Source: Clostridiales bacterium (lineage in GTDB: Bacteria; Bacillota; Clostridia; Christensenellales; JAISNN01). Taken from it: a stretch of 64,000 nt of DNA. The stretch covers positions 2,502 to 66,501 of the forward strand of contig JAITOU010000042.1 of the NCBI GenBank assembly GCA_031289755.1. The letters run 5' to 3'. Both the position numbers and the translations under genes were made by a program. The notes below the pieces were generated by a model that was not told where the DNA came from, ran no database searches, and saw only the letters and a program-made list of their open reading frames with translations. Positions 20,010-27,754 of the stretch are shown in pieces (position 1 is the stretch's first letter; the number at the start of each line of letters is the position of its first letter).

Positions 20010-22130
20010 TTATGCGAGCCTTTTTGCCGTCAGCACCGCACCCATCGGCGCAAGCAAATTGACGTCATAGGAGTAGTTTGGATTTGGAAAGGCTAAGCAT
20101 AGCCGCAAGCTTTCGTTACCGTTTAGACTCAGTATCGTCGACATACCAAAAACCGTCGGGTCGGGAGTCAATTGTTGTGAAGTGTAGGTTTCGTCTATCA
20201 CATTGTTAGATGATGTTACATGCACAAGTACATTGGCTGTGCTGGCGGCCCTTGCCGCTATCGAGTAGCTTATTTCGTATACGCCCGGCTGAGTTATATT
20301 CATTACGCCGTTCGCCTGCAAGCCTACATTCAAGGAAGGCAAGTTGACATCCAACGGAAGAGATAAAATCTGATTAGCCGGAATAGTGACGGTCGCTCCG
20401 GCGTTATACATTCCGCCGAAAGCCGATATGCCGCCGGCATCGCCCTTCGCGCCTTGCGGTCCTGCCGCACCGACCGCACCTTGCGGACCGGTTGTACCGG
20501 CGGGACCGGCTGCTCCGGCAGGACCGGCTACACCTTGCGGACCGATAGCACCGGCAGGACCGGTAGCACCTTGCGGACCGGCAGCTCCGGCAGGACCGGC
20601 TGCCCCGGCAGGACCGGCTGCGCCTGCCGGACCTTCCGACCCTGTTGCGCCTATCGGACCGACTAATCCCTGCGGACCGGTCGGACCTTCCGGACCCGTC
20701 GCGCCTGTCGGACCTGTCGCGCCTGTCGGACCGATTAATCCCTGCGGACCGGTCGGACCTATCGGACCTGTTAATCCCGTCGGACCGGTCGGACCTTCCG
20801 CCCCTGTTGCGCCTGTCGGACCGATTAAACCTTGCGGACCGGTCGGACCCGTTAATCCTGTCGGACCGATTAAACCTTGCGGACCTGTCGGACCTATCGG
20901 ACCCGTTAATCCTGTCGGACCGGTCGGACCTTCCGGACCTGTTGCACCTATCGGACCTGTTAATCCTGTTGGACCGGTCGGACCTTCCGGACCTGTCGCT
21001 CCTATCGGACCTGTTAATCCTGTTGGACCGGTCGGACCTTCCGGACCTGTCGCGCCTGTCGGACCGATTAATCCTTGCGGACCCGTCGGACCTGTCGGAC
21101 CTTCCGGACCTGTCGCGCCTGTCGGACCGATTAATCCCTGCGGACCGGTCGGACCTTCCGGACCTGTTGCGCCTGTCGGACCGTCTAATCCTGTCGGACC
21201 GGTCGGACCTTCCGCCCCTGTTGCGCCTGTCGGACCGATTAATCCTTGCGGACCGGTCGGACCTTCCGGACCTGTCGCGCCTGTCGGACCGACCAATCCC
21301 GTCGGACCTGTCGGACCTTCCGGACCTGTTGCGCCGGTCGGACCGATTAAACCTTGCGGACCGGTCGGACCTATCGGACCCGTTAATCCTGTCGGACCGG
21401 TCGGACCTTCCGGACCTGTCGCGCCTATCGGACCTGTTAATCCTGTTGGACCGGTCGGACCTTCCGGACCTGTTGCACCTATCGGACCTGTTAATCCCGT
21501 CGGACCGGTCGGACCTTCCGGACCTGTTGCGCCTGTCGGACCGATTAATCCTTGCGGACCTTGCGGACCCGTTGGGCCTTCCGGACCTGTCGCGCCTGTC
21601 GGACCTGTTAATCCCGTCGGACCGGTCGGACCTTCCGGACCTGTCGCGCCTGTCGGACCGACCAATCCTGTCGGACCGGTCGGACCTTCCGGACCTGTCG
21701 CTCCTGTCGGACCGATTAATCCTTGCGGACCGGTTGGACCTATCGGACCTGTTGCGCCTGTCGGACCGATTAAACCTTCCGGACCCGTTGGACCTGTAAG
21801 ACCTGTTTGTCCAATAGGACCTGACGGACCTTCTTGTCCTGTCGGACCAATCGGACCTGCCGCGCCTGTTTGACCTATCTGTCCTTGCGGTCCTGCCGGA
21901 CCGGTATTGCCCTTAGAGCCTTGCGGACCTATCGGACCAATCGGACCTTGCGGTCCTGTTGCGCCGGTAGGACCTTGCGGGCCCGGCTGTCCGTTTGTTC
22001 CGTTTGACGGCGGACAACCGTTATTGTTGCGCGGAGATGACGGATAACAATTTGTTTCGCAGCAATTTACAAAACCGCAGCCGTAACCGTTATCGTCGCC
22101 GTAACCGCAGCCGTTATTATCAAAGAACAT
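20010..22130 (-). CDS. Collagen-like triple-helix repeat protein (BclA-like exosporium/surface filament candidate)
   Basis: About 520 aa of uninterrupted G-X-Y ([21 protein letters not shown]...). Cys-rich N-terminus [21 protein letters not shown]. 139-aa non-collagen C-terminal domain. RBS GGGAGG. Confidence 0.85.
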   Translation of the reverse strand: MFFDNNGCGYGDDNGYGCGFVNCCETNCYPSSPRNNNGCPPSNGTNGQPGPQGPTGATGPQGPIGPIGPQGSKGNTGPAGPQGQIGQTGAAGPIGPTGQEGPSGPIGQTGLTGPTGPEGLIGPTGATGPIGPTGPQGLIGPTGATGPEGPTGPTGLVGPTGATGPEGPTGPTGLTGPTGATGPEGPTGPQGPQGLIGPTGATGPEGPTGPTGLTGPIGATGPEGPTGPTGLTGPIGATGPEGPTGPTGLTGPIGPTGPQGLIGPTGATGPEGPTGPTGLVGPTGATGPEGPTGPQGLIGPTGATGAEGPTGPTGLDGPTGATGPEGPTGPQGLIGPTGATGPEGPTGPTGPQGLIGPTGATGPEGPTGPTGLTGPIGATGPEGPTGPTGLTGPIGATGPEGPTGPTGLTGPIGPTGPQGLIGPTGLTGPTGPQGLIGPTGATGAEGPTGPTGLTGPIGPTGPQGLIGPTGATGPTGATGPEGPTGPQGLVGPIGATGSEGPAGAAGPAGAAGPAGAAGPQGATGPAGAIGPQGVAGPAGAAGPAGTTGPQGAVGAAGPQGAKGDAGGISAFGGMYNAGATVTIPANQILSLPLDVNLPSLNVGLQANGVMNITQPGVYEISYSIAARAASTANVLVHVTSSNNVIDETYTSQQLTPDPTVFGMSTILSLNGNESLRLCLAFPNPNYSYDVNLLAPMGAVLTAKRLA
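20430..22000 (-). repeat. Highly repetitive G-X-Y-encoding DNA
   Basis: Recurrent ggaccgattaatcc(t/c)tgcggaccggtcggaccttccggacctgt blocks. Confidence 0.9.
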
Positions 22131-22466
22131 AAAACCTCCCTTTTAGAATGTGCGGACAAAAACCTTAAAAAATTTTACGGGAGAATTTTTATTCCTAAAC
22201 GCTCCGTTAAAAATAAAATTGATTTTGCCGTCACACTTTTTTATATTAGACCTGTTCAACAAGCTCTCGTAGTCGTCTGTTGAACAAGTCTATTGATTAC
22301 ACACTATGCCGCATCGGGAAGTATGCGTCGCAGGGAAACATACGGAAATGCACCCATAGTACACATTATGCGTTTAATTTAAAGTCAGTGACAAACAAAA
22401 AAGCCCCGACACATTGAAAACAAACGTGACGGAGCTTTGTTTACGGCGATTGTTAATTCATAACGC

Positions 22467-23879
22467 TCAAAGCGATGAAGCTTCGCGGCGTTTTTGGAGT
22501 TCGGCGGCGATTTCGAGCTTTTTTGAGCCGGAAAGGTCGTATTTGAGAATCGGAATGACGGATAACAGACTGAATATGCCCGGCACTGCCGCATAGGCGA
22601 AGTAGACGACGTTTGCCGTCGTGGCGTCTTGTTTTAGGGCGACGGCATCGTATTTTGCCGCGCTCAAAATGATAAGACCGAGAGCCGTACCCATGGCGAT
22701 AGTCACCTTTACGGTCAGACTGAGAACGGCGTAAATCGTACCTTCGGCGCGTTTGCCCGTCTTGTATTCATAATAATCGACGCTGTCCGCCGTCATTATC
22801 ATCGGCAGGATATCGACGACGCCGAATTGAAAGCCCGTGAAGAAGAGAAAAACCAACATGACGGGCAGGCTTTTGTAGCCCAAAAAAAACGTCAGCATCG
22901 AGATAGCGAAGCCGTAGAGAGAAAGACTGATATAGACTCTTTTTTCTCCGAATTTTTTGACGAGAACGGGAATAAGAGCCATACTGATTACCGCCCCTAT
23001 GCCGCCGGTCAGTCCTAACAGCAAAACGAGATTTTGGCTGTTAAGGACGGAGTTTGCCGTCTGCACCGCTATGCCCGTTTGAATCTGCCGTCCGAAGCCC
23101 AAAAAGCAGGAGAGTATGACGAGCATAAAGGGTTTGTTGCCCTTTAAAACGGCGAGCATATCTTTGAAAGTCATTTTTTCGGCTTTGTACGGAACGCGCT
23201 CCTTGTTAAAGAAATATATCAACATAAAGAGCAGACAGCCTGCGGCGGCGATGACTATGGCGGTGACCAAATATTCCGAGACGCTTATAGGCGTGTCTGG
23301 CGCTCCGTTTTGAGTGATTACGGACGAACCGCCAGGCACGAGCAGGCAAACGACGGGAATGACGGCTGCCGCCGCGCTCAATCCCACCGCCTTAAAGGTG
23401 TTTGCGACGGATACGAGATTTGTCCGTTCGGTGGGGTCGGGGGTAGCCACGGCGGCTATCGCCTGCGACGGAACGTCGCCTAAGGTCATAGCCATACTAA
23501 ACAGCAAAAATGTGAAAAATATGTATATATAGAGCGACGCGCCCGTCAGCGGTACTTGTATAAATATTACCACCGTCATTATCATAAGGGGCAATGCCGA
23601 ATAAAGTATAAAGGGTTTGAGCTTGCCTTTGGCACTTTTTGTTCGGTCGATGAGATTGCCGACGACGGGGTCGAAGACGGCGGAGAGAATTTTGACGGCG
23701 AGAAGCAAGACCCCGATGACCGCCAAATCGGCTTTCATGGCGGTGACGTAAAACTCCGCCTGATAAGAATTTAGATATCCGACTATGAGCTGAAATCCGA
23801 AAAGTCCCAAAGAATAGGAAAACAATTCCTTTGTGCCTAAAAGCTTTTTTTGCGGCCGTGCCGTTCCCATAATCCGCAC
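22467..23879 (-). CDS. GPH-family (glycoside-pentoside-hexuronide):cation symporter
   Basis: About 12 TM segments. DRTKSAKGKLKPF motif (D-x-T-x4-G-K/R-x-K/R-P-F) after TM2. Confidence 0.75.
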   Translation of the reverse strand: MRIMGTARPQKKLLGTKELFSYSLGLFGFQLIVGYLNSYQAEFYVTAMKADLAVIGVLLLAVKILSAVFDPVVGNLIDRTKSAKGKLKPFILYSALPLMIMTVVIFIQVPLTGASLYIYIFFTFLLFSMAMTLGDVPSQAIAAVATPDPTERTNLVSVANTFKAVGLSAAAAVIPVVCLLVPGGSSVITQNGAPDTPISVSEYLVTAIVIAAAGCLLFMLIYFFNKERVPYKAEKMTFKDMLAVLKGNKPFMLVILSCFLGFGRQIQTGIAVQTANSVLNSQNLVLLLGLTGGIGAVISMALIPVLVKKFGEKRVYISLSLYGFAISMLTFFLGYKSLPVMLVFLFFTGFQFGVVDILPMIMTADSVDYYEYKTGKRAEGTIYAVLSLTVKVTIAMGTALGLIILSAAKYDAVALKQDATTANVVYFAYAAVPGIFSLLSVIPILKYDLSGSKKLEIAAELQKRREASSL

Positions 23880-23896
23880 CCCTTATATAAGGATTT

Positions 23897-24045
23897 TAAT
23901 GTCGTTTAGATTGAGCCTGCTTAAACAGGATTTTTTTAATGCTATTTACATATATCCTGCTTAATGTATGACTTTTTTGTAATGTAGTTTAGATTGAGCC
24001 TGCTTAGTGCAGGACTTTTTTTAATGTCGTTTAGAATTTACTTAA
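23897..24045 (+). repeat. ~42-bp-period tandem array (3.5 units) of terminator-like hairpins
   Basis: taatg unit starts at 23897, 23937, 23980 and 24022. Units 1 and 3 carry cctgcttaNNcagg-type hairpins followed by a T-run. Confidence 0.8.
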
Positions 24046-24127
24046 TAAAATTTAAAGACGGCAGAATGATATCGAGCCGTCTTAGAAGAAAAGCTATATT
24101 ACCTTAAAATGATGACAATGCCGTTAT

Positions 24128-24757
24128 TTATATGCGGTTGGCAAAGGAGGTGACGTTTTCGGCGACCTTGTACGGTAAAGGAATGAGATACATACGCAAT
24201 TTGTTTTTCTTGCCTTTTTTGGACAAGAAAACGAGAGTTCCGCTTTTGCGTGTAAAAAGAAAATTTTTGACGGTATGCCCGGATATGTCTTTTAGCTCCA
24301 AGCGGCGCGACGCTTCTCCCTTGCTTATCTCGATATATTCCGAAGTCAGGGTATATTTGAGACGCCGTGCGTCGGCAATATTTAAGAACGCGACCAAAAG
24401 CGTTAAGACAAGCAGCGTGACGTTCAAAAATATATAGAACGACCAAAAGCCGAGATAGGCGGCAGGCGATGACAGCAGCAGGATGACAATCGTCGTAATC
24501 AGCGTTTGTTTGACGCCGTTTATGATGAGCGATTTGAGAGAAGGTCTTTCAGACCAAATCACTTCTTCGGGATTAACGGGCTTTTCGTCCGTCGTGATGT
24601 CAGGCGTTTTTTTTGCTTCTTTTACTTTTTTTACTTTCTTTTCTTGAATTTTTGGCGGCTCTTGCGTGTCGGCGATGTCTAATGTGCCGTCTTTTTGAAT
24701 GTCTTCCATGGGTTGCTCCTCCGTTACATAAGATTTTTCCATATATTCTCTACACAA
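24128..24757 (-). CDS. Membrane protein with a bacterial PH (bPH_2/DUF304, YdbS/YdbT-like) domain
   Basis: Acidic/Lys-rich N-terminus, two TM helices, then LKYTLTSEYIEISKG...LELKDI typical of bPH. Confidence 0.55.
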   Translation of the reverse strand: MCREYMEKSYVTEEQPMEDIQKDGTLDIADTQEPPKIQEKKVKKVKEAKKTPDITTDEKPVNPEEVIWSERPSLKSLIINGVKQTLITTIVILLLSSPAAYLGFWSFYIFLNVTLLVLTLLVAFLNIADARRLKYTLTSEYIEISKGEASRRLELKDISGHTVKNFLFTRKSGTLVFLSKKGKKNKLRMYLIPLPYKVAENVTSFANRI

Positions 24758-25041
24758 TTATGGTTTTTTTAGGTCTATAAATACATATCAATAATATGTA
24801 CCTATAATGATCATATATCAGAAAATGATTATATATTCGGTTATTATAACATTTTTGACCGAATTATTCATTTTATTTAATAGTATAACACAAATGAACG
24901 GCGATAGTCAACAATAAAATCATAATAAAAAATTTCATTTATTGTGAAAAAATTTCAATTTGCTACTATACAAACGGTTTTTTTTGTGATATAATAGCTA
25001 AGGAATGAAATCTAACGGCGAGTTTTCCGTAGGGTGATGCT

Positions 25042-25857
25042 ATGAACGAAGACGAAATATTAGCTCGGCAGGTCTTGGAAGGCGATTCAAGGGCCGTCGG
25101 TACAAATAATAAAAGCGGAAAAAATACCGGTTCGGGTGTTGCCGTCCGAAAAAGCGGCAAAAATACCGGAGAGGTTTATCCGTCACAGACTCAAATGATG
25201 CACGTTCCGCCTCAGTTGCCGTCCAACGGTCAGGATGCGGAAATATACAGTATCGTAAAGGGTTATTCTCCCGATGCTGTCACCGAAGAGAAAAAAACCT
25301 ATTATACGCCTTTTCCAAAAGTCGTATTTAAGGTAATCTGCATTATACTCATACCGGTCATATTGATATTTGCCGTAGCGGCTTATGCCAAAACGAGATA
25401 TTTCCCGACCTACGGCAATTTTAAAATAGAAGTGTACAACATCGACAAGCCGGAAACAAAATATTATTTCCGTTCGAGAGATACAAAACGCTTTCCTATA
25501 TCCGCAACGCAGACCGACATTGTCACTCCGTCGGGAGTCGAAACGACTTATTGGGAAGGATATTATCTCAACGAGTTGAAGGGCGCGACGAAGTTTGACG
25601 ACGGGTTCAATTACGTCATAGTGGTGGGAGAGGACGAGAGCGGTAATCCGCGCACCGTCGAATACGACCATTATACCAAGCTCGATTGGCTGATGCTCGT
25701 AGTTTTTCAGATATCGGGAGAGATTAGATACAACGTATATAAGGGCGTACTCAAAACTACAAAACCCGCCAATTTTATCATTATGAATCCCGACGACGTC
25801 GATAAGACAAATTGGGTATATAATGCAAAAGAAATAAGATTCGCTAATAAATCATAG
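25042..25857 (+). CDS. Hypothetical single-pass membrane protein
   Basis: Long ORF with an internal KSGKNTG duplication and TM VICIILIPVILIFAVAAYA. Confidence 0.5.
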   Translation: MNEDEILARQVLEGDSRAVGTNNKSGKNTGSGVAVRKSGKNTGEVYPSQTQMMHVPPQLPSNGQDAEIYSIVKGYSPDAVTEEKKTYYTPFPKVVFKVICIILIPVILIFAVAAYAKTRYFPTYGNFKIEVYNIDKPETKYYFRSRDTKRFPISATQTDIVTPSGVETTYWEGYYLNELKGATKFDDGFNYVIVVGEDESGNPRTVEYDHYTKLDWLMLVVFQISGEIRYNVYKGVLKTTKPANFIIMNPDDVDKTNWVYNAKEIRFANKS

Positions 25858-25957
25858 CTGTAAACGCCTTTGGGCGCATACATAAAACATCATACACGGT
25901 CTAATAACGAATTGTTTTGCTTGAATTATAAAAATAATTTCAGAGGGGAATATAACT

Positions 25958-26518
25958 ATGTCTGAAAAAACAAAATCCACAAGTAAAGCTTATGAGATGT
26001 CGTTTTCTCAAGGCGACGGGAACGCACTCGGCGTAAAGGTTTTTTACTCCGAACCGGAACCCGCAACATACGGAGCACCGAAAGTCGGCGCGCCGTTGAG
26101 TAACGAGCAAAGAAACGAAAGTATCAAAAACAAGCACATATATACAAAGCCGCAAGCGGCAAAATACGGTGCGCCTCAGGTCGCCCCGTACACCGAAAGA
26201 CGTCCTCCTCTCTCGCCTCCGGCAAAGCCGGTTGTCGCGGAAGCACCTTTGACAAAGGACGACAAGCTCGGACGTCTCAAAAAGAAAAGCATCTTCTACA
26301 AGGCTGAGGCTTCAAAAAACACGCCTCCTCCCGTATCGCCGTACAAGGATACAAGACCGGTTCAGTCCGCGTATAGATACAACGGACCTGTTTTGTCGCC
26401 GAGCGACCCTAACATCTTTATCAATTATGACCCTAATTTCGTTCCTGAGGAAGCGGTTTTGCCGCCTGACCCTTATGCAGGGTACAAGCTCAAAGACAAA
26501 AAGAAAAAGAAGAAATAA
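25958..26518 (+). CDS. Hypothetical Pro-rich protein with a poly-Lys tail
   Basis: RBS GAGGGG. Repeated (K)YGAP(K/Q)V motifs. Ends KDKKKKKK. Confidence 0.45.
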   Translation: MSEKTKSTSKAYEMSFSQGDGNALGVKVFYSEPEPATYGAPKVGAPLSNEQRNESIKNKHIYTKPQAAKYGAPQVAPYTERRPPLSPPAKPVVAEAPLTKDDKLGRLKKKSIFYKAEASKNTPPPVSPYKDTRPVQSAYRYNGPVLSPSDPNIFINYDPNFVPEEAVLPPDPYAGYKLKDKKKKKK

Positions 26519-26539
26519 TATCACACGATATGGATTTTT

Positions 26540-26582
26540 GCGCGCCGCAAAGCCTGACGGTTTGCGGCGCGTTTATTTTTAT
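26540..26582 (+). terminator. Rho-independent terminator
   Basis: gcgcgccgcaaa-N9-tttgcggcgcg followed by tttattttt. Confidence 0.75.
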
Positions 26583-26631
26583 GCGGTTAAATATAAGACG
26601 CCGGTGCGCAAATTAGATAAAATTTTATGCT

Positions 26632-27156
26632 GTGTCTTACGGTCGGTTGCCTATGAAAAAAAATAATTCAAAACGTCGGGAATGTGTTTTTATGCCGCTT
26701 ATCGGCGGCGTAATCAGTCTTGCCGTCACTTTTTTGGTTTGCGGAGTAGGCGCGCTTTTTTTGTACCCAAAATACGTTGACCCGAGTATGGACGCGTCGG
26801 CAAAAATAAAGCTTATTGCCGTCTTTGCGGGACTGCTTGCCGTCATATGCGGCTTATTTTTGCCGAAATGGCTTTCGGCGTATAAAATAAACGAAGAAGG
26901 CGTAAGACGAACGGTCTTGGGCAGAACCGTCAGCTTTATCAAATGGGAGAACGTCGCAGAAGTGCGTTTTGCAATGTACGGCAGCAAGGCGTGGATTTTT
27001 ATCTCCGAATCCAATCTCGATTATTACAGCTTCAAAGAAATAAACAAAAAAAAAGACACGATAGGCTTTCCGTGCTATCAAAAATCCTTACTTGCCGTGC
27101 GTGAATTTTATAAAAAACCGATAAAGAATTATCCCGAAAATTATATAGTCGGTTAG
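26632..27156 (+). CDS. Hypothetical membrane protein (2 TM plus a PH-like C-terminal domain); start uncertain (26632, 26653 or 26692)
   Basis: Two hydrophobic helices, then EGVRRTVLGRTVSFIKWENVAEVRF. No candidate start has a clear SD. Confidence 0.5.
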   Translation: MSYGRLPMKKNNSKRRECVFMPLIGGVISLAVTFLVCGVGALFLYPKYVDPSMDASAKIKLIAVFAGLLAVICGLFLPKWLSAYKINEEGVRRTVLGRTVSFIKWENVAEVRFAMYGSKAWIFISESNLDYYSFKEINKKKDTIGFPCYQKSLLAVREFYKKPIKNYPENYIVG

Positions 27157-27178
27157 AAAAATAAAATTATCAAATATA

Positions 27179-27207
27179 TTGTTTTATGTATAAAGATATG
27201 ATATAAT
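27179..27207 (+). promoter_or_regulatory. Promoter with extended -10 driving the small-ORF transcript
   Basis: TTGTTT, 17-nt spacer, TGaTATAAT. Confidence 0.55.
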
Positions 27208-27271
27208 ACACAAGTAGATGCGGGGATACCGCAAGGCGGTTGACACTTCCTGTAAAAAGGGGGTGGTCATT

Positions 27272-27334
27272 ATGCAGATACTTACGATAATTATTCTATC
27301 CTTGCAGTTAGCGAGAGAGAATAGACTGTCCTAA
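27272..27334 (+). CDS. Candidate 20-aa hydrophobic peptide MQILTIIILSLQLARENRLS (type I toxin-like); its 3' end lies inside a MITE-like insertion
   Basis: Strong SD AAGGGGGTG lies 8 nt upstream. A possible anti-SD CACTTCC lies 14 nt before it. The stop TAA at 27332 is inside the element. Confidence 0.3.
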   Translation: MQILTIIILSLQLARENRLS

Positions 27335-27484
27335 AACCGTATCCACCGGCAAATTTTGCGTCTTTTTGTCTTAAACGTCGTTGCATTTTCCTTGTGTAGC
27401 TAAGCTACACGTCGTCAAATGCGCCTTGTTTATGACAAAAATCCGCTAAAATTTGTTCGGCGTTTAGGTTTTAAGACAAGTCTA
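27322..27484 (+). mobile_element. TA-flanked long-hairpin MITE-like element, copy 1
   Basis: Termini tagactgtcctaaaacc / ggttttaagacaagtcta. The core is conserved with copies at 35241 and 53669. Confidence 0.65.
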
Positions 27485-27504
27485 ATAAAGATGGTAAACA
27501 GCAT

Positions 27505-27548
27505 AAAAAATAACCGCCAAAAGCGCTAACTCAATGCGGTTATTTTTT
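27505..27548. terminator. Bidirectional intrinsic terminator shared by convergent transcripts
   Basis: A6-ataaccgc-N18-gcggttat-T6. Confidence 0.7.
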
Positions 27549-27653
27549 AACTAAGCAGTAGGTCAGCCGCTAACACGGTATCCCTTACATCGACTTGTAG
27601 CGGAAGCGATTATTAAAGGTAAATAAGTCAGCCGCTAACACGGTATCCCTTAC
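27505..27653 (-). ncRNA. Candidate ~150-nt small RNA carrying two identical 30-nt repeats
   Basis: Consensus promoter on the - strand (27660-27689). gatgtaagggataccgtgttagcggctgac occurs twice (reverse complement of 27562-27591 and 27627-27656). It ends at the shared terminator and contains no ORF. Confidence 0.35.
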
Positions 27654-27659
27654 ATCAAC

Positions 27660-27689
27660 ATTATATAACTAAGTTGTGAATTTTGTCAA
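27660..27689 (-). promoter_or_regulatory. Near-consensus sigma-A promoter on the minus strand
   Basis: TTGACA (reverse complement of 27684-27689), 18-nt spacer, TATAAT (reverse complement of 27660-27665). Confidence 0.6.
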
Positions 27690-27717
27690 TAGTTTATACC
27701 AAAAAAATAAAAATATT

Positions 27718-27746
27718 TAAAGGACGCGAAAACGTCCTTTTTTTAA
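27718..27746. terminator. Terminator downstream of spoIIE
   Basis: aggacg-cgaaaa-cgtcct with flanking A and T runs. Confidence 0.65.
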
Positions 27747-27754
27747 GCTCATTT

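Noticed and set aside
20386-21873. Long + strand ORFs (495 aa, 384 aa, 70 aa) antisense to the collagen-like gene.
   Set aside because: They are by-products of GC-rich triplet-periodic G-X-Y coding DNA, giving Pro/Val/Gly or Leu/Ser/Asp/Arg low-complexity translations. They have no RBS and are fully nested in a well-supported - strand gene.
27211-27600. Invertible promoter segment (inverton/shufflon) bounded by the inverted 30-38-nt repeats.
   Set aside because: No recombinase gene is nearby. The left repeat is only ~70 percent identical to the right ones. The recognisable promoters lie outside the segment and point inward. I cannot exclude it without read-orientation data, so it is kept here as a rejected alternative.
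27562-27660. CRISPR array, considered also for the 42-bp repeats at 8374-8499 and 23897-24045.
   Set aside because: There are only 2-3.5 units and no cas genes. The units are contiguous tandem repeats with no unique spacers, or in the 27.6-kb case just two repeats with one 36-nt spacer and their own promoter and terminator.
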